NCBI GenBank assembly: GCA_041497895.1
Contig: JBGQHJ010000159.1
Coordinates: 1-10,955, forward strand
DNA: 10,955 nt
Source: Candidatus Methylomirabilia bacterium
GTDB lineage: Bacteria; Methylomirabilota; Methylomirabilia; Rokubacteriales; CSP1-6
Reading direction: 5' to 3'
Shown: positions 1 to 8,692 of the stretch, in pieces
How positions within the stretch are numbered: the first letter of the stretch is position 1
How the letters are laid out: each line of letters begins with the position of its first letter
Made by a program: the position numbers and the translations under genes
The notes under the pieces: generated by a model
Told to the model about the DNA's origin: nothing
Databases searched by the model: none
Seen by the model: the letters and a program-made list of their open reading frames with translations, nothing else

Positions 1-37
1 CCGCAATGATAGCACCGCCGGCCGGAGGATCGACCCC

Positions 38-625
38 ATGAGCGCCCGCGTCGCCCCCCTCGAGCCGCCCTACCCGGAGTCGGTCCAGGCCGCGCTGGAC
101 CGCATCATGCCGGCGGGCGTCGCCCCGCTGGCCCTGTTCCGTACGCTGGCCCGCAACGAGCGCGTGTTCCTGCGCCTGATGGCGGGCGGCCTGCTCGACC
201 GCGGCTCGATCACCCTCCGCGAGCGGGAGATCGTGATCGACCGGGCCTGTGCCCGCTGCGGCTGCGAGTACGAGTGGGGCGTGCACGTGGCCTTCTTCGC
301 CGAGCGGGTGGGGCTCACCCCGGAGCAGGTGGCCGCCGTCGCGGGCGGCGACCCGGCCGCGCTCCCGGAGCGGGAGCGCCTGCTCCTGCGCCTGGTGGAC
401 GCGCTCCACGACGACGCGCAGGTGGACGACGCGCTCTGGGCGGCGCTGCGGGGGCATTTCGCCGAGGAGCAGCTCGTCGAGCTGATGGCCCTGGCCGGCT
501 TCTACCACCTGATCTCGTTCGTGGCCAACGCGCTCAGGATTCCCCTCGAGCCCTTCGGGGCGCGCTTCCCGCGGCGAGCCGATGGAAGACGTTCTCCCCC
601 CGAGTCTCCTCGAGCAGGAAGCTGA
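38..625 (+). CDS. Carboxymuconolactone decarboxylase (CMD)/AhpD-like family protein
   Basis: 195-aa ORF with a GGAGG RBS upstream of the ATG. It has family-like segments 'LFRTLARN', 'REREIVIDRACARCGCEYEWGVH' and 'LWAALRGHFAEEQLVELMALAGFYHLISFVANAL'. The last ~17 aa run into the 3' end of the convergent MFS gene. Confidence 0.85.
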   Translation: MSARVAPLEPPYPESVQAALDRIMPAGVAPLALFRTLARNERVFLRLMAGGLLDRGSITLREREIVIDRACARCGCEYEWGVHVAFFAERVGLTPEQVAAVAGGDPAALPERERLLLRLVDALHDDAQVDDALWAALRGHFAEEQLVELMALAGFYHLISFVANALRIPLEPFGARFPRRADGRRSPPESPRAGS

Positions 626-1850
626 TCGCGGCCCCGATCAGCACGAGCAGCGCGCAGATCGCGAAGCCGCCGCGGTAGGACGCCACCGGATAGACGCGCG
701 CTCCCTCGGCCATGGTGCCCGTCCAGCGCGCGTCGAGCACCGCGCCGACCGGCCCCTGGGTGAGGGCCGCGCCCACGAAGCCGCCCAGGTTGGTCACCGC
801 CACCGCGATGCCGGCGAGGCTTGGAGGATTCACCTCGGCCCCCAGGGGCCAGGTGAGCACGAAGGCTCCGCCCACCACGCCCAGGAGGACGAAGAGGAGG
901 CACACCCCCGAGAGCGGCAGGGTGCCGAGCGTGAGGAGGAAGACGAGCCAGACCAGGAACTGGCCGGAGGCCAGCACGGTGTACGGCAGCTTCCGGCGGC
1001 GCAGGACGCGGTCGGAGAGGTAGCCGGTCATCGGGGCGGAGGCGAGCAGCGCCATCGAGGGCAGCGAGGCGTAGAGCGCGGCCCGGGTGGTGGTGAGCCC
1101 GTAGACATCGCGCAGGAACGGCACGCTCCAGAGGAAGAAATTCCCCATCGCCGCGTACAGGAAGAAGAAGCAGAGGAACGGCGGCCACGTGTACCGGTTC
1201 CGGAGCACCTGGAGCGTGCCCTGGAGCGCCTCCCGGAGCGAGCCGCCGCGCGCCGGGGCCTCGAGGCCCCGCGGGGGCCGGTCGCGCACCAGCGCCGCGC
1301 AGAGCAGGGCCCCGGTCACGGTGATCGCGCCGATGAGGATCAGGGCGCCGCGCCAGGAGAGGCCCGCGACCAGCGCGGCGAATGGCGCGCTGCCGATGAG
1401 CGCGCCGAGCACGCCGACCGTCGCGGTGAGCGCCGACATCATGCCGAACTGGGAGGGAGGGAACCAGTTCGCCGCGATCTTGAGCGCGCCGGTGAACGTC
1501 ACGGTGGCGCCCAGGCCGACGAGGAGCCGCCCGGTGAAGAGGGCGAGGGGGCCGGCGGCGAGCCCCATCGCCATCGAGCCCAGCCCCATCACGAGCCCGC
1601 CGCCCGCGATCACCCAGCGCGGGCCGACGCTGTCGATGAGCACCCCGCCCGGCACCATGAAGCTCGCGTAGGAGTAGAAGTACATCGCGGAGAGCAGGCC
1701 GACCGCCGCGCCGGTCATGCCGAACGCCTGCATGAGGTCCTTGGCGATGACGCCGGGAGCCGCGCGGTGCAGGAAGGCGATCAGGAAGACGAGGGCCGGG
1801 ATGCCCCACATCATCCAACGCCGCCCGGTCGCGCTCGCGCGGTCGGACAC
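534..1850 (-). CDS. Major facilitator superfamily transporter
   Basis: 438-aa ORF with about 12 hydrophobic segments and motif A-like loops 'GGVLIDSVGPRW' and 'GYLSDRVLRRRK'. The GTG start is 3 nt after the stop of the upstream gene. Confidence 0.92.
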   Translation of the reverse strand: MSDRASATGRRWMMWGIPALVFLIAFLHRAAPGVIAKDLMQAFGMTGAAVGLLSAMYFYSYASFMVPGGVLIDSVGPRWVIAGGGLVMGLGSMAMGLAAGPLALFTGRLLVGLGATVTFTGALKIAANWFPPSQFGMMSALTATVGVLGALIGSAPFAALVAGLSWRGALILIGAITVTGALLCAALVRDRPPRGLEAPARGGSLREALQGTLQVLRNRYTWPPFLCFFFLYAAMGNFFLWSVPFLRDVYGLTTTRAALYASLPSMALLASAPMTGYLSDRVLRRRKLPYTVLASGQFLVWLVFLLTLGTLPLSGVCLLFVLLGVVGGAFVLTWPLGAEVNPPSLAGIAVAVTNLGGFVGAALTQGPVGAVLDARWTGTMAEGARVYPVASYRGGFAICALLVLIGAAISFLLEETRGENVFHRLAAGSAPRRARGES

Positions 1851-1853
1851 GGA

Positions 1854-2612
1854 TCAGCGCGTCCAGAAGCCGGCCGGATCGCACGCGCGCACGATCGCGA
1901 GCTCCTGGGCGCTCGGGGTGGGCGTGGGCGCGACGTCCGGCGCCACCGCCAGCTCGAACGAGGTGGCGGCCCGTACGCTCTCCACGCTCTGGCCCGGGTG
2001 ATACGAGGCCAGGTACATCTGGCAGGTGGCGGGATGGAAGCGGAAGACCCCGAGGGTGGTGACCACCGCGGCGGGGCCGCCTCCGGGGAGGCCGACGCGC
2101 TCGCGCCAGCCCGGGCCCTCGCCGAAGCCGGGCGAGGTGACGTAGTCGACCCGCTCGCGGAAGCGGTGCTTCTCCTGCGGCATGATGACCACGAAGCGGC
2201 GCGCCAGGCTCGCGATGTCGCCGCCGCCACCGCTGCCGGGCAGCCGCACCTTGGGCCGGCGCCAGTCGCCGATGTAGGACGTGTTCAGGTTGCCGAAGCG
2301 GTCGATCTCGGCGCCGCCGATGAAGCCCAGGTCCACCAGCCCCTGCTGGAGCAGGGCCATGATCTCGAGCGTGCCGGTGCACCAGAGCGCGCCCGGGATG
2401 TTGGGCGTGTCGCTCATGGTCATCAGGGTCTCGGGCGCGGGCTGATCGCGCACGACGCCGTTCTCGAAGAGGCCGATGGCCCCGGGCGCGTGGGTACGCT
2501 TGGCGTAGGCGAACGCGATGAGCGGCAGCCGCATGCCGACGAAGACGAGATCATCGTCGCGGATCTCCCGCGCCGCGGCGATGACCATGAGCTCGCGCTC
2601 GGTGAAGTCCAC
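1854..2612 (-). CDS. Family I CoA-transferase beta subunit (GctB/CatJ-like)
   Basis: 252 aa with 'ELMVIAAAREIRDDDLVFVGMRLP', a probable catalytic Glu in 'LFENG', 'FIGGAEIDRFGNLN', 'RLPGSGGGGDIAS' and 'FRERVDYVTSPG'. Confidence 0.9.
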   Translation of the reverse strand: MDFTERELMVIAAAREIRDDDLVFVGMRLPLIAFAYAKRTHAPGAIGLFENGVVRDQPAPETLMTMSDTPNIPGALWCTGTLEIMALLQQGLVDLGFIGGAEIDRFGNLNTSYIGDWRRPKVRLPGSGGGGDIASLARRFVVIMPQEKHRFRERVDYVTSPGFGEGPGWRERVGLPGGGPAAVVTTLGVFRFHPATCQMYLASYHPGQSVESVRAATSFELAVAPDVAPTPTPSAQELAIVRACDPAGFWTR

Positions 2613-2618
2613 GCGGCG

Positions 2619-3734
2619 CTACCGGAGCACGAAGGGCTGGGCCGCGTTCTTCACGAACGGGTGGCGGCGGAGGGCTTCGTCGTTGATCTCCACGCCGAGG
2701 CCGGGGCCCGAGGGCAGCTCGAGCCAGCCGTCGCGGGCCTGGATGGGCCGGGCCAGGAACGGGGTCTCCTGGTCGCCGGTGGGGAACTCGACGGGCAGCG
2801 GGCCGCCGAAGCTCGCGGCCACGTGCAGGGTGGCGGCCAGCCCGGGCCCGAAGTAGAAGGAGTGGGGCGCGATCGGCAGGTTGGCGGCCTGGGCGAGCGC
2901 GGCGATCTTCTTGAACTCGGAGATGCCGCCCACCTTGGTGATGCTCGGCTGCAGGATGTCGCCGGCCCGCTGCCGCACGATCTCGTTGAAGCCGTAGAGG
3001 GTGGACTCGTTCTCGCCGAGGGCGATCGGCGTCTCGGTCGCGGCCGCCACGCGCGCGAGCCCCGCGTAGTCCTCGGGCGGCCACACCGGCTCCTCGAGCC
3101 AGAACAGGCGATAGGGGGCGAGCGCCCGCGCCATCGCGATGGCCTCGAAGGGCGTCCACGGGCAGTTGGTGTCGAGCATCAGCTCCACGTCGGGGCCCAC
3201 CGCCTCGCGGGCCGCCCGCACCGAGGCCACGTCGGTCTGGTGGAGCTTGAGCATGCGGAAGCCCTGTCCGACGAAGTGCCGGCAGGCACCCGCCACCGCC
3301 TCCGGCGTCTCGTAGCGCAGGAGGCTCGCGTAGGCGGGCAGGCGCGTGCGCTGGGCCCCGCCGAGGAGCTCGTAGACCGGCGCGCCACGCACCTTGCCGA
3401 GGAGGTCCCACAGCGCGATCTCGATGCCGCTGATCGCGAACATCCCGAGCCCGCGGCGCCCGTAGATCATGGTGCCCCGGTGCATCAGGTCGACCACCGC
3501 CTCGATGCGCAGCGGGTCCTGGCCGACCACCAGTGGGGCCAGGCTCTCCTCGATGACGCTCACCACCGCGAGCGGCGCGCCGTAGGCGAAGGCCTCGCCG
3601 AGCCCGGTGACGCCCTCGTCGGTGTGCACGCGTACGAAGATCTGCTTGCGGGTGCCGCCGGTCCACGGCGACGGCGGGCTCATGGGCTTGAGCGGAATGG
3701 CGAGCGGCACGGCCTCGATGGCGGTGATCTTCAT
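2619..3734 (-). CDS. Mandelate racemase/muconate lactonizing enzyme family protein (enolase superfamily)
   Basis: The real gene is the C-terminal 371 aa of the 2619..5378 ORF, starting 'MKITAIEAVPL' (ATG at 3734, 5 nt after the upstream stop). Capping-domain motifs are 'VRVHTDEGVTGLGE' and 'AISGIEIALWDLLGK'. Metal ligands lie in 'LMLDTN', 'WLEEP' and 'LGENE', and the C-terminus has 'PSGPGLGVEIN'. Confidence 0.93.
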   Translation of the reverse strand: MKITAIEAVPLAIPLKPMSPPSPWTGGTRKQIFVRVHTDEGVTGLGEAFAYGAPLAVVSVIEESLAPLVVGQDPLRIEAVVDLMHRGTMIYGRRGLGMFAISGIEIALWDLLGKVRGAPVYELLGGAQRTRLPAYASLLRYETPEAVAGACRHFVGQGFRMLKLHQTDVASVRAAREAVGPDVELMLDTNCPWTPFEAIAMARALAPYRLFWLEEPVWPPEDYAGLARVAAATETPIALGENESTLYGFNEIVRQRAGDILQPSITKVGGISEFKKIAALAQAANLPIAPHSFYFGPGLAATLHVAASFGGPLPVEFPTGDQETPFLARPIQARDGWLELPSGPGLGVEINDEALRRHPFVKNAAQPFVLR

Positions 3735-3739
3735 GGCGG

Positions 3740-4660
3740 TCAGGCTCCGTAGTCGAGCGGCTCGGACGGCAGCGGGCGCTTCACGCGCAGGCCGTCGAGG
3801 ACGCCCGCGTCGAGACGGGAGAGGAAGCCGGTCCAGTCCGGAACGTCGTGCACCCAGTGCGCGAGCCAGCGCTGGAACCCGTCCACGGTCCGGCTCTCGT
3901 CGTGGAAGCGATGGTAGAACTCGTGGTGACGGCCGTAGTGGCCCTGCACCGGCGAGGGGAACGCGCCGAACGGCTGGTGCACGACCGCCGCGATCTTGAG
4001 CGCGGGAGTCAGCACGAGGCCCGGATCGCTCAGGATGCGCTCGCGCGGCCGGATCTCCTCCGCGACCAGGATCACCTGGCGGGCCGCGAAGGCGGCGGGC
4101 CGGGTGACGCCCAGGGTGCCCCAGACGTGCGCGTGCCCCTCCTCGTCCGCGCGCTGCACGTGGAGGATGGCCACGTCGGGGACGATCGCGGGCACGAGCA
4201 GGAGCGGGGCGCCCGACCAGGGATCCGCGGCTTCCTTGAAGGTGGGATTGGAGCGCGGCAGGTCGGTGCCGAGGAGCGAGCGGGTGGGCAGGTAGGGCAC
4301 GCCGAGCGCGGCGGCCTGCAGCGCGAACGCGATGGTCAGGTTCGAGTGGTCCAGGACCTCGAGCGGGGCGGGGATCTGCTGCTCGACCGCGCGCCGGTAG
4401 TTGTGGCCCAGCCCCGCGCTCACGTTGCCGACCCACGCCGCGATCACCCGGCGCGCGCAGCCGGCGCCGATGAGCTGATCGAACAGGATGTCCGAGATCG
4501 GGCCGATCAGGGTGAGGTCGCGTCGCCGCTGCCGGATCAGCTCGTGGCCCGCCGCGAACGGGATGAGCGCTTCGAGCGCGGCGCCCATGCAGATCGACGC
4601 GCCGTCGGGCACGAAGCGGGCGACCGCCTCCCGCATGGACATGAGCTTGGCCGGAGGCAC
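3740..4660 (-). CDS. Family I CoA-transferase alpha subunit (GctA/CatI-like)
   Basis: 306 aa with 'KLMSMREAVARFVPDGASI', 'IPFAAGHELIRQRRRDLTL', 'DQLIGAGC', 'AAALGVPYLPTRSLLGTDL' and 'PDVAILHVQRADEEG'. Confidence 0.9.
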   Translation of the reverse strand: MPPAKLMSMREAVARFVPDGASICMGAALEALIPFAAGHELIRQRRRDLTLIGPISDILFDQLIGAGCARRVIAAWVGNVSAGLGHNYRRAVEQQIPAPLEVLDHSNLTIAFALQAAALGVPYLPTRSLLGTDLPRSNPTFKEAADPWSGAPLLLVPAIVPDVAILHVQRADEEGHAHVWGTLGVTRPAAFAARQVILVAEEIRPRERILSDPGLVLTPALKIAAVVHQPFGAFPSPVQGHYGRHHEFYHRFHDESRTVDGFQRWLAHWVHDVPDWTGFLSRLDAGVLDGLRVKRPLPSEPLDYGA

Positions 4661-4666
4661 CCGGGT

Positions 4667-4672
4667 ATCTTA
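4667..4672 (-). promoter_or_regulatory. Putative -10 element (TAAGAT) 6 nt upstream of the CoA-transferase alpha GTG; possible leaderless transcript
   Basis: The minus strand reads GGAG-TAAGAT-ACCCGG-GTG. The AT-rich TAnnnT hexamer stands out in a very GC-rich spacer. No clear -35 is visible. Confidence 0.4.
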
Positions 4673-4726
4673 CTCCAGGCCGGGCGGGCCGCCGCGACGG
4701 AGCGGACGTGTGCTCGGGAGGGTCTC

Positions 4727-5671
4727 TCAGCCGGAGAGCGCTGCCGCGTAGCGCACGGGATCGGCGTCGAAGATGTCCTTGCAGCGCCGGCAGCAGAAGT
4801 AGACCGAGCGGCCCGACCAGTCGGACTGATGGCGCGCGGTGGCCACCTCGACGGTCATCCCGCAGATCGGATCCAGCGCCTCCACGACGGCCGGGGCGTC
4901 CGCCATCGGCATCACCGGCTCGGCGGCGCCGCGGCGGCGGGCCTGGATGATCTCGGCCAGGATGCTCACCGCGATCTCCTCGGGCGTGACCGCGCCGATG
5001 TCGAGCCCCGCGGGAGCCGTGAGCCGACCGAGCTGCGCGGCCGGCACGCCCCGGTGGCGAAGCGTCTCCACGATGGTGGCCGCGCGCTTGCGGCTCGACA
5101 CCAGGCTGAGGTAGCCGGCGGGGGTTGCGAGCGCCCGGGTCAGGACCTCCTCGTCGAGCTCGCCGTGGGTGGCGACCACCACCGAGGCACTCGGGTCGAG
5201 CGAGAGCCCGCGCAGGGCTCCCGCCACCGCGTCTCCGGGCAGCACCGAGACCGTGAAGCCCGCGGTCTCTCCGAGCGCGGCGAGCGTCTCGACGACGGGC
5301 CCGTGGCCGACCAGGACCAGCAGCGCCTTCGGCAGGAAGGGCTCCACGTAGATCTCCAGCGTGCCACCGCTGTGGCACGTCATCGGGAAGTGCACCATGC
5401 CCTCGGTGCGCGCCGGATCGCGCCCGCCGTCGCCGACCAGGACCACGAGACGCGGTTGACCATCGCGCAGCGCGGCCTGCGCCTCGCGGGCCACCACCGG
5501 CTCCGCGCAGGCCCCGCCGACCCAGCCCACCACGCGGCCGTCCGGGCGGATCAGCGCCTTCGCGCCCGGCTTCGCCGAGGTCGGCCGCTCGCAGCGGACC
5601 ACCGTGGCGAGCGCGAAGGGCTCGCCCCGTTTCCGAAGCTCGGCGGCGACCGTCAGCAGGTCTTCAGGCAC
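4727..5671 (-). CDS. XdhC/CoxF-like molybdoenzyme maturation factor with C-terminal YHS (TRASH) domain
   Basis: Motifs are 'GEPFALATVVRCERPTSAKPGAKALI', 'GWVGGACAEPVV', 'PMTCHSGGTLEIYVEP', 'VVVATHG' and 'APAGLDIGAVTPEEIAVSILAEII'. The C-terminus is 'DPICGMTV...VYFCCRRCKDIFDADP'. The start is placed at GTG 5671, where the domain begins. The upstream ATG at 5800 lies inside a hairpin repeat, so the start is uncertain. Confidence 0.88.
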   Translation of the reverse strand: MPEDLLTVAAELRKRGEPFALATVVRCERPTSAKPGAKALIRPDGRVVGWVGGACAEPVVAREAQAALRDGQPRLVVLVGDGGRDPARTEGMVHFPMTCHSGGTLEIYVEPFLPKALLVLVGHGPVVETLAALGETAGFTVSVLPGDAVAGALRGLSLDPSASVVVATHGELDEEVLTRALATPAGYLSLVSSRKRAATIVETLRHRGVPAAQLGRLTAPAGLDIGAVTPEEIAVSILAEIIQARRRGAAEPVMPMADAPAVVEALDPICGMTVEVATARHQSDWSGRSVYFCCRRCKDIFDADPVRYAAALSG

Positions 5672-5769
5672 GCGGGGGTTCCGGGGCTGGGTGGTGCTCG
5701 CGTCGTGCCGTGGCGGTTGGGCGGTCGGGGCTTTCCCGCTCGGGCTGCAGCCGGCGCTTCTTGTTCTGA

Positions 5770-5808
5770 ATGGGGGGGAGCGGCCGCGCTCCTCCCCCAT
5801 ACCCCCCC
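5770..5808. repeat. G/C-run palindromic hairpin (REP-like) between coxL and the XdhC-like gene
   Basis: ATGGGGGGGAGCG (5770-5782), a GCCG loop, then CGCTCCTCCCCCAT (5787-5800) form a 13-bp stem with one bulge, followed by ACCCCCCC. There is no clear U-tract on the coding strand. Confidence 0.6.
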
Positions 5809-5852
5809 ACGGCCCTGATCGATCGGCTTGCGGCCCGGTTCATCACGTTTGG

Positions 5853-8222
5853 TTACTCGGTGACGCCCTTGTCGCGCAGGAGGCGCCAGATCTTGGGCGG
5901 GGTGATCGGGATGTCGACGTGGCGGACGCCGAGGTGCCAGAGGGCGTCGACCACCGCGTTGGCGATGGCGGCCGGAGCGCCGACGGTGGCGGACTCGCCG
6001 ACGCCCTTGGCCCCCAGTGGATGGTGCGGCGACGGGGTCACGGTGTGGCCGGTCTCCCACTTCGGGGTCTCCACCGCGGTGGGCACGAGGTAGTCGATGA
6101 AGCTGCCGCCCTGGACGTTGCCGATCTCGTCGTAGGAGATCTCCTCGTAGAGCGCGGGGGCGAAGCCCATGGTGAGCCCGCCGTGTACCTGCCCCTGCAC
6201 GATCATCGGGTTGATGATGTTGCCGCAGTCGTCGATGGCCACGAAGCGGCGCACCTTCACCTCGCCGGTCCCCTTGTCGATGTCGACGACGCAGATGTAG
6301 CTGCCGAACGGGTAGGTGAGGTTCGGCGGGTCGTAGTAGTTCACCGCCTCGAGGCCCGCCTCCATGCCCTGCGGGTGATTGGTATAGGCCGCGAAGGCGA
6401 TGTCCTGGATCGTCTTGAAGCGATCGGGCGCGCCCTTGACCGTGAACTTTCCGGGCTCCCAGACGAGGTCCTCGGGTGCGACTTCGAGGAGATATGCGGC
6501 GATCTTCCTGGCCTTGTCGACGATCTTGCGCGAGGCGATGGCCGCCGCCGCGCCCGCCACCGGGGTCGACCGGCTCGCGTAGGTGCCGAGGCCGTACGGC
6601 GCGGTGTCGGTGTCGCCCTCCTCCACCTGGATGTCCTTGGCGGGAATGCCGAGCTCCTCGGCCAGGATCTGGGCGTAGGTGGTCTCGTGGCCCTGGCCCT
6701 GCGACTTGGTGCCGAAGCGGGCGATGGCCTTGCCGGTGGGATGGATGCGGATCTCGCAGCTGTCGAACATCTTGATCCCGAGGATGTCGAAGTGCTTCGA
6801 GGGGCCCGCGCCCACGATCTCGGTGAAGCTCGAGATGCCGATACCCATCAGCTCCCCGCGCTGGCGCTTCTCGATCTGCTCGCGGCGGAGATCGGCGTAG
6901 CCGATGGTGTCCATGGCCTTGCGCAGGGCGCCCGCGTAGTTGCCGCTGTCGTACTCCCAGCCCAGCGCCGACTTGTACGGGAACTGCTCCGGCTTGATGA
7001 AGTTCTTGATGCGGAACTCGGCCGGGTCCATGCCGAGCTGGTGCGCCATCAGGTCGGTCATGCGCTCGATGGTGTGCACCGCCTCGGTGACCCGGAACGA
7101 GCAGCGGTAGGCGATGCCGCCCGGCGGCTTGTTGGTGTAGGCCCCGTCCACCTCGACGTGGGCCGCCTTGAGGTCGTAGGAGCCGGTGCAGACGTGGAAG
7201 AGCCCGGCCGGGAACTTGGACGGGTTCGCGGCCGCGTCGGTGTAGCCGTGGTCGGCCAGGGTCTTGATGCGCAGCGCGGTCAGCGTGCCGTCCTTCTTGG
7301 CCGCCAGCTCCGCGGTGATGTGGTAGTCACGGGCGAACGAGTCGGCCTGGAGGTTCTCCATGCGGTCCTCGATCCACTTCACCGGCTTGCCGGTCAGCAC
7401 CGACGCCGCGACCGCGATGACGTAGCCTGGGTACACGGGCACCTTGCCCCCGAAGCCGCCCCCGATGTCGGGGGAGATGATGCGGATTCTCTCCTCGGAC
7501 AGGCCCACGTGGCCCGCCACCAGCGCGAACACGGTCCGGATGGCGTGGGGCGCCTGCGTGGTCATCCACACCGTGAGCTTGCCGTTGACCTTGTCGAAGG
7601 AGGCCACGCAGCCGCAGGTCTCGATCGAGGCGACGTGGATGCGCGGGATGTAGATGTCCTGCTTGACCGTCACGTCCGCCTCGGTGAAGGCGCGGTCGGT
7701 CTCGGCCCGGTTGCCCCACTCCCAGTGCCAGATGTGGTTGTCCTTCTTGTCCTTCTTGTCGGTGCGGAGCACCGGGGCGCCCGGCTCGAGCGCCTTCTTC
7801 GGATCGACCACCACCGGCAGCGGCTCGTACTCGACCTCGACCGCGGCCACGCCGTCGGCGGCTCCGTAGCGGGTGGTGGCCAGCACCGCGGCCACCTCCT
7901 GGGCCTGGTACATGACCTTCTCCACCGGCAGGACCATCTGGGTGTCCGACATGAGGGTCGGCATCCAGTGCAGGTTGTACTTGGCGAGGTCCTGGCCGGT
8001 GATCACCGCGAGCACGCCGGGGATGGCGGTCGCCTTCGAGATATCGATCTTCTTGATCTTGGCGTGGGCGAAGGGGCTCCGCACGATGTCCAGGTAGAGC
8101 ATGCCGGGCAGCACCACGTCGTCGACGTAGTTGCCCTTGCCGCGGATGAACCGCGGGTCTTCCTTCCGCTTGATGGAGTGGCCCATCCCGCCGACCTCGA
8201 GCGATGTCTTCGGTGGCATCAT
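5853..8222 (-). CDS. coxL: Aerobic carbon monoxide dehydrogenase large subunit, form I (Mo-Cu)
   Basis: About 789 aa starting '[30 protein letters not shown]'. The form I active-site loop AYRCSFR is at 7092-7112. Other motifs are 'DIGGGFGGK', '[13 protein letters not shown]', 'GLGTYASRS' and '[12 protein letters not shown]'. ATG 8222 overlaps the coxS stop (ATGA); ATG 8219 is better spaced from the GGAGG RBS. Confidence 0.96.
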   Translation of the reverse strand: MMPPKTSLEVGGMGHSIKRKEDPRFIRGKGNYVDDVVLPGMLYLDIVRSPFAHAKIKKIDISKATAIPGVLAVITGQDLAKYNLHWMPTLMSDTQMVLPVEKVMYQAQEVAAVLATTRYGAADGVAAVEVEYEPLPVVVDPKKALEPGAPVLRTDKKDKKDNHIWHWEWGNRAETDRAFTEADVTVKQDIYIPRIHVASIETCGCVASFDKVNGKLTVWMTTQAPHAIRTVFALVAGHVGLSEERIRIISPDIGGGFGGKVPVYPGYVIAVAASVLTGKPVKWIEDRMENLQADSFARDYHITAELAAKKDGTLTALRIKTLADHGYTDAAANPSKFPAGLFHVCTGSYDLKAAHVEVDGAYTNKPPGGIAYRCSFRVTEAVHTIERMTDLMAHQLGMDPAEFRIKNFIKPEQFPYKSALGWEYDSGNYAGALRKAMDTIGYADLRREQIEKRQRGELMGIGISSFTEIVGAGPSKHFDILGIKMFDSCEIRIHPTGKAIARFGTKSQGQGHETTYAQILAEELGIPAKDIQVEEGDTDTAPYGLGTYASRSTPVAGAAAAIASRKIVDKARKIAAYLLEVAPEDLVWEPGKFTVKGAPDRFKTIQDIAFAAYTNHPQGMEAGLEAVNYYDPPNLTYPFGSYICVVDIDKGTGEVKVRRFVAIDDCGNIINPMIVQGQVHGGLTMGFAPALYEEISYDEIGNVQGGSFIDYLVPTAVETPKWETGHTVTPSPHHPLGAKGVGESATVGAPAAIANAVVDALWHLGVRHVDIPITPPKIWRLLRDKGVTE

Positions 8223-8689
8223 GCGCCTCCCTGGAGCGTGCCCGCCGCGCGCTGGATGGACTTGACGATGTTCACGTACCCGGTGCAGCGGCAGAGGTTG
8301 CCCGAGATGGCGTGGCGGATCTCGTCCTCGGTGGGCCGGGGATTCTTCTTGAGGAAGGCCACGCCGGTCATCAGCATTCCCGGCGTGCAGTAGCCACACT
8401 GCAGGCCGTGCTCGGCCATGAACGCTTCCTGCAGGGGATGGAGCTTGCCGTCCTGCTCGAGTCCCTCCACGGTGGTGATCTCGCGCCCGTGGACCTGGAC
8501 CGCGAAGACGGTGCAGGACTTCACCGGCCGCCCGTCGAGCAGCACGGTGCAGGCCCCGCAGTGGCTCGTGTCGCAGCCGATGTGGGTGCCGGTGAGTCGC
8601 AGGTTCTCCCGGATCAGGTGCACCAGCAGGAGGCGCGCCTCCACCTCCGCCTCGTATTTCTCGCCGTTGATCGCGACCTTGACCAGCAT
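8219..8689 (-). CDS. coxS: Carbon monoxide dehydrogenase small subunit (two [2Fe-2S] clusters)
   Basis: 156 aa with '[22 protein letters not shown]' and 'QCGYCTPG...GNLCRCTGY'. It lies between the M and L subunit genes. Confidence 0.95.
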   Translation of the reverse strand: MLVKVAINGEKYEAEVEARLLLVHLIRENLRLTGTHIGCDTSHCGACTVLLDGRPVKSCTVFAVQVHGREITTVEGLEQDGKLHPLQEAFMAEHGLQCGYCTPGMLMTGVAFLKKNPRPTEDEIRHAISGNLCRCTGYVNIVKSIQRAAGTLQGGA

Positions 8690-8692
8690 GCC

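Noticed and set aside
6..13. Possible minus-strand -10 (GCTATCAT) for a divergent gene left of the window
   Set aside because: The gene it would serve is outside the window, so it cannot be supported.
582..3752. 1056-aa plus-strand ORF (likewise 3848-5818, 5604-8393 and 8204-10189)
   Set aside because: These are antisense shadows of well-supported minus-strand genes. Long stop-free frames are expected at this GC content and codon bias, and they show no recognisable motifs.
3735..5378. Apparent 548-aa N-terminal extension of the enolase-family ORF
   Set aside because: It is Arg/Pro/Gly-rich off-frame translation overlapping the CoA-transferase alpha and XdhC genes. The real start is ATG 3734.
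5770..5800. Intrinsic terminator after coxL
   Set aside because: The stem is strong but no U-tract follows on the coding strand. It is kept only as a REP-like hairpin.
8223..8399. 59-aa N-terminal extension of CoxL
   Set aside because: It overlaps coxS in another frame. The RBS and ATGA coupling point to a start at 8222 or 8219.
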